The notes under the pieces are model-generated. The model saw nothing but the letters and a program-made list of their open reading frames with translations. It did no database searches and was not told where the DNA came from. This document shows, in pieces, positions 56,027 through 64,000 of a stretch of 64,000 nucleotides of DNA (within the stretch, counting starts at the first letter, position 1; each line of letters starts with the position of its first letter). The stretch is from Defluviitaleaceae bacterium (GTDB taxonomy: Bacteria; Bacillota; Clostridia; Lachnospirales; WRAX01). Location: positions 149-64,148 of the forward strand of contig WQVZ01000001.1 in NCBI GenBank assembly GCA_009785595.1, given 5' to 3'. The translations under genes were made by a program, and so were the position numbers.

Positions 56027-56131
56027 CCACGGTTCGTTTACGAACCGTGGACACCCACGCTTTGTTTACAAAGCGTGAAGAAGTACGCTGCGTTAACGCA
56101 GCGTAAAACCCACGGAGCGTTAACGCTCCGT
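56027..56131 (+). repeat. array of four tandem short hairpins (28-29 nt period)
   Basis: u1 56027-56050 CCACGGTTCG-TTTA-CGAACCGTGG. u2 56056-56077 CACGCTTTG-TTTA-CAAAGCGTG. u3 56084-56105 TACGCTGCG-TTAA-CGCAGCGTA. u4 56112-56131 ACGGAGCG-TTAA-CGCTCCGT. Spacers are 5-6 nt. Confidence 0.9.
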
Positions 56132-56155
56132 CATCGCAGGAGTGCCCTATCACCC

Positions 56156-57274
56156 ATGATGCCGTTATCTATTTACATCCATATTCCGTTTTGCGTGACC
56201 AAGTGCGGCTATTGTGATTTTCTGTCCTTTTGCGGAAGGCTGGAGGCCCACGAACCCTATGCGGAAGCCATTATAGCCGATATCGCCGCCTGTGCCAAGG
56301 ATTTTACTGGGCATGAAGTTGTCACGGTGTTTTTCGGCGGCGGCACTCCTACGGTTTTGGCCGCTGGGCAACTGGGGCGTATTTTGGGTACCATTATGGA
56401 TAATTATACTTTGGCCGATGACGCTTCCATAACCACCGAAGCTAATCCCGACACAATAGATGACGCATACTTGACTGTACTCCGCCACGCTGGCTTTAAT
56501 CGTATAAGCTTTGGGGTGCAAAGCTTTAATGACGATTTGCTGGCAAAAATAGGCCGTATTCATAATGCTGAAAAAGCCGTCCGGGCTGTGCATTTGGCCG
56601 CTCGGGCAGGTTTTGACGATATAAATATAGACCTTATGTTTGCCCTGCCCCACCAGAGCATTTCTGATTTTGAGCAATCCGTTGATGTTGCCGTAAAATT
56701 GCCCGTCACCCATATTTCCTGCTACGCCCTGTCGGCGGAAGATGGCACGCCCTTGGCCACCAACAAAGACTTGTTGCGAGCCATGCCGGATGACACTGCC
56801 GACCGAGCCATGTATCATTTGGCCGCCCAAAAGCTGTCCGCCCATGGTTTTGAGCATTACGAAATATCCAATTGGGGCCGCCCTGGCCGCCATTGCAACC
56901 ACAACATAGGCTACTGGACACGGCGGGAATATATAGGCTTTGGCCTTGGTGCCCATTCGCTGGTGCAAGACCGCCGCTTTTGCAGAACAACCAATCTCGA
57001 AGACTATATTAAAGGCAATTTTTTCCCAATACATCTGGAGGACATAACCCACCAGGCCGCCATGGCAGAATTTGTTATACTGGGCTTGCGCCTTGTGCGG
57101 GGCATTGATGTCAATAATTTTAGGCAATGCTTCGGCCAAAACATAGAACATGTTTTTGGGCACCAATTAGAAAAATTTGTTAAAAATGGGCTGCTTGCAA
57201 TAGACAGCCCCAACATTAAACTGACAAAGCATGGGCGGGACCTGTCCAACGCAGTTTTTGCCGATTTTATATAA
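56156..57274 (+). CDS. hemW: radical SAM heme chaperone HemW (HemN-like)
   Basis: ORF-track 56024..57274 trimmed to MMPLSIYIHIPFCVTKCGYCDF at 56156; the upstream extension merely translates the hairpin array. CxxxCxxC radical-SAM motif. lepA-hemW synteny. Confidence 0.9.
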   Translation: MMPLSIYIHIPFCVTKCGYCDFLSFCGRLEAHEPYAEAIIADIAACAKDFTGHEVVTVFFGGGTPTVLAAGQLGRILGTIMDNYTLADDASITTEANPDTIDDAYLTVLRHAGFNRISFGVQSFNDDLLAKIGRIHNAEKAVRAVHLAARAGFDDINIDLMFALPHQSISDFEQSVDVAVKLPVTHISCYALSAEDGTPLATNKDLLRAMPDDTADRAMYHLAAQKLSAHGFEHYEISNWGRPGRHCNHNIGYWTRREYIGFGLGAHSLVQDRRFCRTTNLEDYIKGNFFPIHLEDITHQAAMAEFVILGLRLVRGIDVNNFRQCFGQNIEHVFGHQLEKFVKNGLLAIDSPNIKLTKHGRDLSNAVFADFI

Positions 57275-57296
57275 AACAAGCAGCGAGGTGCAAATT

Positions 57297-59027
57297 ATGG
57301 AATATATGAAGCGATATCAGACCTGGCGTGACAATGACGCCTTTGATGAGGCCACGCGGGCAGAGCTTGCCGCAATTGCCGAAAACAGTGCGGAAATCGA
57401 AGAGAGGTTCCACCAAGACTTGGAATTTGGCACAGGCGGCCTGCGGGGCGTTCTTGGTGCGGGCACAAACCGCATGAATGTATATACTGTGCGCCGGGCC
57501 AGCCAAGGCCTTGCGGACTATATTCTGGCTAATTCGCATGATGGCAGAGAGCGCGGCGTTGTGGTGGCCCACGACAGCCGCCGTTTTTCCCGTCAATTTG
57601 CCCTGGAAGCCGCCCTTGTCATGGTACAAAACGGCATACGTGCCTATATTTTTAAAGACCTGCGCCCCACACCCCAGCTTTCCTTCACCCTTCGCCGCTT
57701 GGGCTGCATTGCCGGTGTGATGATAACCGCCAGCCACAACCCGCCGGAATACAACGGATACAAGGCATATTGGACCGATGGCGGCCAGTTTGTGCCGCCC
57801 CAAGACGCCGAAGTTATTGCCTGTGTTAATAAAATTGAGGATTTAACCGGGTTAAAGGCCGCCGACGAGGTCGAGGCCATACGCTCCGGAATGCTGACAA
57901 TTTTGGACGAAAGTTTTGACGACGAATACAAACAAACCGTGCTGGCCCAAATCCTTAACCCGGGCACCATACAGGCCATGTCGGATGATTTTACCATAGT
58001 ATACACCCCCCTAAACGGCGCGGGCAATATGCCTGTGCGCTGTGCGCTAACCGATGCAGGCTTTAAGCACATACATGTGGTGACCCAACAGGAGCAACCC
58101 GACCCCAATTTTACCACCCTGTCTTATCCCAATCCCGAAGATCCGGCGGCCTTTGCCTTGGCAGCGACCCTAGCGCAAGAAAAAAACGCCGATATCATAA
58201 TCGCCACAGACCCCGATGCCGACCGCATGGGGGCCATGGTGCGGGATGCTAACGGCGAATATCAACTGCTAAGCGGCAATATTACCGGGGTGTTAATGGC
58301 AGAGTATGTAATGTCCCAACAGCAGCAAAAAGGCATACTGCCCGCCAATGCCGCCATTGTGTCCACCATTGTGTCCACCAAACTTACCCGGAAAATTGCA
58401 AAACATTACAACGCCGCATATTACGAGGTGTTGACGGGCTTTAAATTTATTGCCGAAAAAATACACCAGTGGGACACAAACGGCCAGCACACCTTTGTGT
58501 ACGGATTCGAGGAAAGCTACGGCTATCTGGCAGGCCACGCCGCACGGGATAAAGACGCCATTATAGCCTGTGTGCTTATTTGTGAAATCGCCGCCTGGTA
58601 CAAATCCCGCGGCATGAGCATTTTTGATGGCATTGATGAAATTTATCGCAAATACGGCTATTTTAAAGACAGCGTGCGCTCCGTTACCCTAAAAGGCCTT
58701 GAAGGCCTGGCAAAAATACGTGGCATTATGGCTAATTTGCGGGAGAATATCCCCGCTTCCATAGCCGGCATCGGCCTGGAGGAGTTTCGCTGCTACAAAA
58801 CCTCCACCACCCACAATCTTATCACCGGCAACACGAGCCAAATAACCCTACCAACCAGCGATGTGCTGTATTACACCCTGGCGGACGGCAGTTGGTTTTG
58901 CGTACGCCCATCGGGCACCGAACCTAAGATAAAAATATATATGGGCGTAGCGGGGGATTGCGGCAAAACAGCCCAGGCCAAGCTGGATGCCCTGTCACAC
59001 GCCGTGGCTGATTTGATAGGAGTATAA
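57297..59027 (+). CDS. phosphoglucomutase/phosphomannomutase family protein
   Basis: Start trimmed to MEYMKRYQTW at 57297, with GAGGTG upstream. Active-site loop TASHNPPEYNGYK. Confidence 0.9.
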   Translation: MEYMKRYQTWRDNDAFDEATRAELAAIAENSAEIEERFHQDLEFGTGGLRGVLGAGTNRMNVYTVRRASQGLADYILANSHDGRERGVVVAHDSRRFSRQFALEAALVMVQNGIRAYIFKDLRPTPQLSFTLRRLGCIAGVMITASHNPPEYNGYKAYWTDGGQFVPPQDAEVIACVNKIEDLTGLKAADEVEAIRSGMLTILDESFDDEYKQTVLAQILNPGTIQAMSDDFTIVYTPLNGAGNMPVRCALTDAGFKHIHVVTQQEQPDPNFTTLSYPNPEDPAAFALAATLAQEKNADIIIATDPDADRMGAMVRDANGEYQLLSGNITGVLMAEYVMSQQQQKGILPANAAIVSTIVSTKLTRKIAKHYNAAYYEVLTGFKFIAEKIHQWDTNGQHTFVYGFEESYGYLAGHAARDKDAIIACVLICEIAAWYKSRGMSIFDGIDEIYRKYGYFKDSVRSVTLKGLEGLAKIRGIMANLRENIPASIAGIGLEEFRCYKTSTTHNLITGNTSQITLPTSDVLYYTLADGSWFCVRPSGTEPKIKIYMGVAGDCGKTAQAKLDALSHAVADLIGV

Positions 59028-59029
59028 GT

Positions 59030-59725
59030 ATGATACGCAATTATGACGATTTTTTACAAAACTTGCTGTCCGCCGGTTTTTCCATGGGCGGCGGCAATGA
59101 TGATGGCATTTACGCCATTATACCATGGGGCTGGAACCAAGTGCCAACCCACGACACCCCCATAGCCTGGCACACCGGCAACCCGGACACCGACCCGTGG
59201 GAGTGGCGTATGCGGGTGCTGGATGAGCGCAATGACATTGCCTATGCCAAGGTATTTTTCAAAAAAAGCGGCTTCATTACAACCCAATGGTATCCATATT
59301 TTCTGGCAGCCCGCCGTGAGGGCAACACCTTTGCGGAAGCCTATGCCGATGGCACCATGAGCCATACCGCCAAACGCATTTATGATGTAGTGGCCAAAAG
59401 CGGCACTTTGCCGGTAGAAGCTATTAAGCAGCTGGCAGGCTTTGGCAGAGAGGACAAAGCCGCTTTTGACAGGGCGCTGACAGAGCTGCAAATGGGTTTG
59501 TTCATCACCATGTGCGGTAGCCGGCAAAAAATATCCCAAAAAGGTGAGGAGTACGGCTGGTCATCCACAGTATTTTGCACCACAGAAAGCTTTTTTGACC
59601 AAGAAATCTTCGCAAAAGCCGCAGAAATAGGCCCCACCGAAGCCCATGCAGCCATTAGAGAGCAGATTTTAAAACTAAACCCGCAAGCCCAAGATAAGAA
59701 GATAAGTAAATTTATATTAGGATGA
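59030..59725 (+). CDS. conserved hypothetical protein
   Basis: 231 aa. AGGAG lies upstream, and the gene is tightly coupled to the preceding gene by a 2-nt gap. No confident family assignment. Confidence 0.6.
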   Translation: MIRNYDDFLQNLLSAGFSMGGGNDDGIYAIIPWGWNQVPTHDTPIAWHTGNPDTDPWEWRMRVLDERNDIAYAKVFFKKSGFITTQWYPYFLAARREGNTFAEAYADGTMSHTAKRIYDVVAKSGTLPVEAIKQLAGFGREDKAAFDRALTELQMGLFITMCGSRQKISQKGEEYGWSSTVFCTTESFFDQEIFAKAAEIGPTEAHAAIREQILKLNPQAQDKKISKFILG

Positions 59726-59730
59726 CACAA

Positions 59731-59761
59731 ATACAGGGGCGGCCAACGGCCACCCCTGTAT
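59731..59761. terminator. long triloop hairpin between convergent genes
   Basis: ATACAGGGGCGGCC aac GGCCACCCCTGTAT: 14 bp with one mismatch and a 3-nt loop. Confidence 0.45.
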
Positions 59762-59813
59762 AACTATTTTGTCATCTCATTCGACACACATAGCTAAAAA
59801 TCCATATGATTCA

Positions 59814-60413
59814 TCATGTTCTGGCAAGGGTTGTTGTCGTAATTTCGCCCCAAGAATCCATAATTAAAACCAAGGTGTCACCGTTTATTTCGGCGGTCAT
59901 AACCACATTATCCCAGGGGCTGTCGCCAAATATCATGCGCAGGTCGGCTCCTTCGGCCCGCCAGGTGGCATTTTCCGTTGCGCCATCCTCAATCAAAACA
60001 AGATTGCCACCGGTCAAAAACTCGAAATAGGCATCTTCGAAATATTCCACATGCCTTTCATTTAAGCCCGGATGTGTCATTTCCACGGACACCATGCGCC
60101 ATTTGCCCAGCAATTGGGTGGTGTCAATGGGTTTACGACCTATATATACCGTGTTGGTATCATCGTCCCAGTCCACAGGAAGATCCAGGGCGTAGGCCAC
60201 ACCGCGGACGGGTAGGTATGTGCGGTCGTTGGATATAAAGGGGCGCATGTCCGGCGCAAAGTTAACAGCTCGGCCATTGACCACTATATTCACGCCATAA
60301 AGCACTTCCCGCATGGTACCGGGGTTGGCCACCACCACGGCGGCAGAAGATATTATCGTGGCCAGTACAAAACCCAGTACAAAGCCTTTCATTCTTTCTT
60401 TGGATTTTTTCAT
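59814..60413 (-). CDS. secreted protein with copper amine oxidase N-terminal-like (stalk) domain
   Basis: 199 aa. Signal/anchor sequence, then ...NIVVNGRAVNFAPDMRPFISNDRTYLPVRGVAYAL, typical of the stalk domain. GGAGGAG lies upstream. Confidence 0.65.
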   Translation of the reverse strand: MKKSKERMKGFVLGFVLATIISSAAVVVANPGTMREVLYGVNIVVNGRAVNFAPDMRPFISNDRTYLPVRGVAYALDLPVDWDDDTNTVYIGRKPIDTTQLLGKWRMVSVEMTHPGLNERHVEYFEDAYFEFLTGGNLVLIEDGATENATWRAEGADLRMIFGDSPWDNVVMTAEINGDTLVLIMDSWGEITTTTLART

Positions 60414-60543
60414 TTTTTTAACTCCTCCTTTGTCGCCCCCATTTTATCACATGCCAACCCGCAATGCAACCGCAAACACATGGCAAAAACCACGGAAAAT
60501 TTCACAAAGATTTATAAATACAGTAAAAACGAGGAGGCCTTTT

Positions 60544-62199
60544 ATGAAAATCCAAACCAAGCTTGCGGCACTAAGTCTTGCATTGACCTTTGCCACCAGC
60601 ACCATCAGCTTTCCTGTGCTTGCGGACACCACACAAGTTTCAAGAAGTTTCGAAATCGCAAATCCCTATGAAAATGTGGACTGGGATACTTTCGGACAAT
60701 TCAAAGCCGCCCACCATACCCACACCACTTTTTCGGACGGCAGCAACACCCGCAGAGACATGTTGTTGGACAAGTATGCAAAAGGCTTTGACATCGTTGC
60801 CATTACCGACCACGATACCACCACACCTGCCTGGAATTTGCCTCCCGGGCCCGGCAGCCGGAACGATAATTGGAACAACATAGGTACGGCGATTTTAGGC
60901 TCACTGGAGCTTTTAGCAACGGAAGCGGGGTTAGGCGCAGGCCATGCTCTTTCACCCGGCACATACAGAGGCATACGCCAACAAGCCAACGGAATGATTG
61001 GCATAAGCTATTCCAACGAAATCGCTGTACAGCGCGGCTTTTTAAATGAAGACGGCACTACCGTATACCGCGGCTATCACATCAATTCTTTTTGGGCAGA
61101 TGTGCCTGGCAACATTGGTAGCGGCAGGACGATGCAAGAAGTTATCCGGGCAGTTCAAGACGCCGGCGGCATCACCCATCTTAACCACCCCGGCCGTTAC
61201 ACAGGCGCGCAACATAACGCAGCGTTATCCAAAGACCCCGCCCACATAAACAGACACGTATCTTTGTTCATGGAATTTCCGTCCTTAATAGGCATGGAGA
61301 TCATTAACAAATGGGATGGCGAGTCCATAAACGACAGAATTTTGTGGGACCAAATATTAATGCAAACCATGCCGCAAGGCAGACCGGTTTGGGGCTTCTC
61401 TAACGATGACTCCCATTCGTTGTCTGGCAACGGCCATGCATGGAATGTAATGCTTATGCCCGAACTTACCGAAGCAGCCACCCGCATCTCCATGGAAACC
61501 GGCGCATTTTATGGTGTAAGCCGTGTTGACCGCGTACACGGAATTAACACTGTGATAAATGGTGTAAATGTCCCCGGCGCACCCGCTCAAACCACAAACA
61601 CTGCAACTCAACATACAGGCGGTGCGCACAATGAGATGGCTCTGGCAATGCTTGCCCAGCCCGATGCTCCAAGCATCTCAAACATCGTGGTTGGTTACAA
61701 CACCATTACCATCAGCGGCGCAGATTTTAACAGAATAGAATGGATTGCCGACGGTGTGGTTGTGTATACCGGAACCTCTATTGATGTGAGCGCAGTTGCT
61801 GGAATAAATAGCTATATCCGCGCCGAATTAATAGGCACATACGGCGTCGCGTACACTCAGCCTTTTGGGATAACGGCTCCTGCCCCTAAATTTAGTCTTA
61901 ACATCTTCAACAACGGAAACTCTAACAATGCATCTTTGGCTAATTTGGGTGTTATCCGTATGTGGGCTCAACTTGACGGCACAAATGCCTTGGCACCGTA
62001 TGCCAGCCTTGAAATAACCGCCGAATTAACCTGCGGAGCCGATGCAAAGGAGTTTGTCCGCATCAACCGCGCTTGGAACAACACATCTTATGTCAACCTA
62101 ATTGATGTACGAAAAACCCGGGATTGGCAGCAAATAAACTTTACAGCAACCCTCTTCGGCCAAACCATAAATGTGCTTCTTGTCAATGACACATTATAG
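60544..62199 (+). CDS. secreted PHP-domain phosphoesterase-like protein
   Basis: ORF-track start trimmed to MKIQTKLAALSLAL at 60544, with GAGGAGG upstream. Signal peptide and PHP His motifs (AAHHTHTTFSDGS, VAITDHD). Confidence 0.7.
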   Translation: MKIQTKLAALSLALTFATSTISFPVLADTTQVSRSFEIANPYENVDWDTFGQFKAAHHTHTTFSDGSNTRRDMLLDKYAKGFDIVAITDHDTTTPAWNLPPGPGSRNDNWNNIGTAILGSLELLATEAGLGAGHALSPGTYRGIRQQANGMIGISYSNEIAVQRGFLNEDGTTVYRGYHINSFWADVPGNIGSGRTMQEVIRAVQDAGGITHLNHPGRYTGAQHNAALSKDPAHINRHVSLFMEFPSLIGMEIINKWDGESINDRILWDQILMQTMPQGRPVWGFSNDDSHSLSGNGHAWNVMLMPELTEAATRISMETGAFYGVSRVDRVHGINTVINGVNVPGAPAQTTNTATQHTGGAHNEMALAMLAQPDAPSISNIVVGYNTITISGADFNRIEWIADGVVVYTGTSIDVSAVAGINSYIRAELIGTYGVAYTQPFGITAPAPKFSLNIFNNGNSNNASLANLGVIRMWAQLDGTNALAPYASLEITAELTCGADAKEFVRINRAWNNTSYVNLIDVRKTRDWQQINFTATLFGQTINVLLVNDTL

Positions 62200-62200
62200 C

Positions 62201-63001
62201 CTATTGTGGTTGCACGCCGTCCAGCGGTATCTGCCGCCCTGCATGGTCCAGCTTGTAATTTTCACGGTATATCAGCTCCGACACCGGCACAAAACTATAA
62301 CCCCGCCCGCGCAGCTCCGAAAGTATGCGCCGCAAGGCCACCGGTGTTTCTGCCAGGTCGTTGTGGAACAGCAATATAGACCCATTCTGTAAATTCTTGT
62401 GGTCAAGCACCGTTTTAACCATATGGTCTGCCCCCAACTTCTTCCAATCCAGGCTGTCCACATCCCATTGTATCACATAATATCCCTGACTTTCGGCAGC
62501 ACTGATGACGGTATTGTTATACTCGCCATAGGGCGGCCGATACAAATCCATATCCAGCCCCAGCAGGTTTTTTACCTTTTGGTGGGCACCTGCCACCTCT
62601 GCAACGTTTTGGTCATAGTTAAGCTGGGCCACATGGGCATGTTTGTCGCCATGGTTGGCTATGTCGTGGCCCGCTTTGTAGAACTTCACCACATCATCAG
62701 AAAATTCCTCCACCCAATATCCACATATAAAAAAAGTGGCCCGGGCATTGTGCTCCTTTAAAATCTCCAGCAAAATATCCGTATCACTGGCACCCCAGGC
62801 TGCATCAAATGTAATGGCTACCACTTTTTCTTGTGTTTCCACAGAATATATGGGTAGCTTTCTTTCGGCACCAAACACCACATTAACACTGGGCAAGGCA
62901 AAAATAAGGGCCAGTATAGCCAAAGCCGCCAGCAGCATAAATTTTGTGGCCGGTATGGGGTTAAAGCCGGGGCCGTCTTTAAAAATGTCTTTAATCTTCA
63001 T
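62201..63001 (-). CDS. polysaccharide deacetylase (NodB homology domain)
   Basis: 266 aa. TM anchor, with TFDAAWG, ATFFICGYW and HGDKHAH motifs. Confidence 0.88.
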   Translation of the reverse strand: MKIKDIFKDGPGFNPIPATKFMLLAALAILALIFALPSVNVVFGAERKLPIYSVETQEKVVAITFDAAWGASDTDILLEILKEHNARATFFICGYWVEEFSDDVVKFYKAGHDIANHGDKHAHVAQLNYDQNVAEVAGAHQKVKNLLGLDMDLYRPPYGEYNNTVISAAESQGYYVIQWDVDSLDWKKLGADHMVKTVLDHKNLQNGSILLFHNDLAETPVALRRILSELRGRGYSFVPVSELIYRENYKLDHAGRQIPLDGVQPQ

Positions 63002-63239
63002 ATCTCCACCTCGAAGTTACGACTTGTTCCATTATTATTCCGTAACATCGATATTTTATGACAGGTTTTACTTATGCGGTTCTGCGCTCTGTTGTTTCAC
63101 CCAAAACGACACCTTCCTTCTTACGCGCTCAATTGCGCCGCATGTTATATCATCTGACATAATAAATGCCAAGAGAACATACACAAATATGCACAATTTT
63201 GTGGTGCAAATGTCACCAATATTTGTGCAATATTTCCAA

Positions 63240-63268
63240 TTGTGCTTTTCATTAAAATATGCTAGTAT
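63240..63268 (+). promoter_or_regulatory. candidate promoter for the 63341 gene
   Basis: TTGTGC (63240-63245), 17-nt spacer, TGcTAGTAT (-10 at 63263-63268). Confidence 0.35.
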
Positions 63269-63340
63269 TACGATAGAAATTGTTGTAAATGAAAAAAGCA
63301 GGGTGCAGACCCTGTATCCTACCAAGGAGGTGTTTAGAAA

Positions 63341-64000
63341 GTGAAGAAATTTAAGCCGCGCAAAGCGGTGGCAATATTGACAGCACTGACTTTTATATTA
63401 TCCAGTCTTGCCATGCCTGCCGCCGTATTTGCCAACGAACCCCAGCTGAATGCTCCAGCCGGCCTGGTTTTAAACCGAGGCCATGTGGAAACCCTGGCCT
63501 TTGGCGGCCCAATAGGGCTTTCCTGGGACGAGGTTGAAGACGCGGCAACTTACACTGTGTTTGCTTTCCAAGGTGATGCAGACGAGGCTTATGCCTATGT
63601 CAGCGGTATAGATGCCCTTTATTTGGACATTAACACCGCGTTTGATGCCGACCTTACCGACGGACCATTTTGGTTCCGTGTACAGGCAGTGGCGGATGAC
63701 TTTGCCGCTTCTGACCTAAGCCCGGCCATCGGCCCGTTTTGGAACACACTACATAGTGATGAGTTTGCTGACAACCCCCAAGGCAGCTTTGCCATTTTCG
63801 AAAATCCGGACGTGCCTGTCCTGGTTATCGACACTCGCAGACCTGTAGAAAGAGAAACCCAAGGCAATGTTGTGGGTGATGTGCATGTTATCTGGCCAAA
63901 TGCTTTGGCCGTGGAGGAGGGCATTGCAACCCACGCAAGTTTCCAGGCTGGTGTACTGGCCGCATGGCAAAATTTCATAGCCAATGACCTTACAGATGCC
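63341..64000 (+). CDS. secreted protein, possibly with a rhodanese-like domain (3' end beyond the window)
   Basis: Absent from the ORF track because it is open-ended. GTG 63341 lies 9 nt after AAGGAGG. My translation reads VKKFKPRKAVAILTALTFILSSLAMPAAVFA (signal peptide) ... VLVIDTRRPVERETQGNVVGDVHVIWPN, with no stop to the window end. Confidence 0.6.
   Translation, partial: MKKFKPRKAVAILTALTFILSSLAMPAAVFANEPQLNAPAGLVLNRGHVETLAFGGPIGLSWDEVEDAATYTVFAFQGDADEAYAYVSGIDALYLDINTAFDADLTDGPFWFRVQAVADDFAASDLSPAIGPFWNTLHSDEFADNPQGSFAIFENPDVPVLVIDTRRPVERETQGNVVGDVHVIWPNALAVEEGIATHASFQAGVLAAWQNFIANDLTDA

Noticed and set aside
56027-56131. The possibility that the 28-nt periodic array is a CRISPR.
   Set aside because: The spacers are only 5-6 nt, there are just four units, the units differ from each other, and no cas genes are nearby. 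It is reported as a hairpin array instead.
1-64000. A search for mobile elements, prophage, defence systems (RM, TA, CRISPR-Cas, retrons, DGRs), rRNA and tRNA.
   Set aside because: No ORF shows transposase, integrase, reverse transcriptase, nuclease-methylase pair or toxin-antitoxin signatures. No tRNA-like T-arm/acceptor pattern or rRNA segment was seen in the intergenic regions. RecD2, ComFC and the adjacent methyltransferase look like ordinary housekeeping context.

Overview
This window is 64 kb of a Firmicutes/Clostridia-type chromosome. That assignment is an inference from gene content and Bacillus-like synteny blocks: metG-tatD-yabE, rpmE...prmC-prfA, tig-clpP-clpX, soj-spo0J with parS, yloU-yloV-recG, rsmD-coaD, sua5-ywlE-rpiB and lepA-hemW. 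I call 63 protein-coding genes, 2 of them truncated by the window edges, and nearly all are housekeeping. I also call one TPP riboswitch ahead of a ThiT-type thiamine transporter, one parS site, several intrinsic terminators and several sigma-A-like promoters. I found no rRNA, tRNA, CRISPR array, transposase, integrase or phage genes, so this is not an obvious island. The unusual content is non-coding. (1) Four intergenic modules (3773-3937, 4461-4631, 26306-26523, 33231-33414) each consist of exactly three directly abutting perfect palindromes. Together they give 12 hairpins with stems of 19-47 bp and 350 paired positions, with no mismatch. Every loop is 3 nt and is closed by a C/G pair. No arm sequence is shared between hairpins, and each module lies just downstream of a stop codon in a consistent polarity. 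I consider this the best candidate for an undescribed element. (2) A 28-nt-periodic array of four short hairpins with compensatory stem changes lies between lepA and hemW. (3) A REP-like family of short G+C-rich hairpins (TGTAG-GGGCGnC...GnCGCCC) has nine copies, some acting as terminators and some contributing C-terminal codons to genes. Smaller oddities are a lysine-free hyper-acidic secreted protein, an RCC1-repeat lipoprotein gene wedged between clpP and clpX, parS embedded in a terminator-like hairpin, a probable leaderless aroA, and a metK leader without a SAM riboswitch but with a three-segment alternative hairpin. All calls come from reading the sequence and the ORF track. No database search was run.
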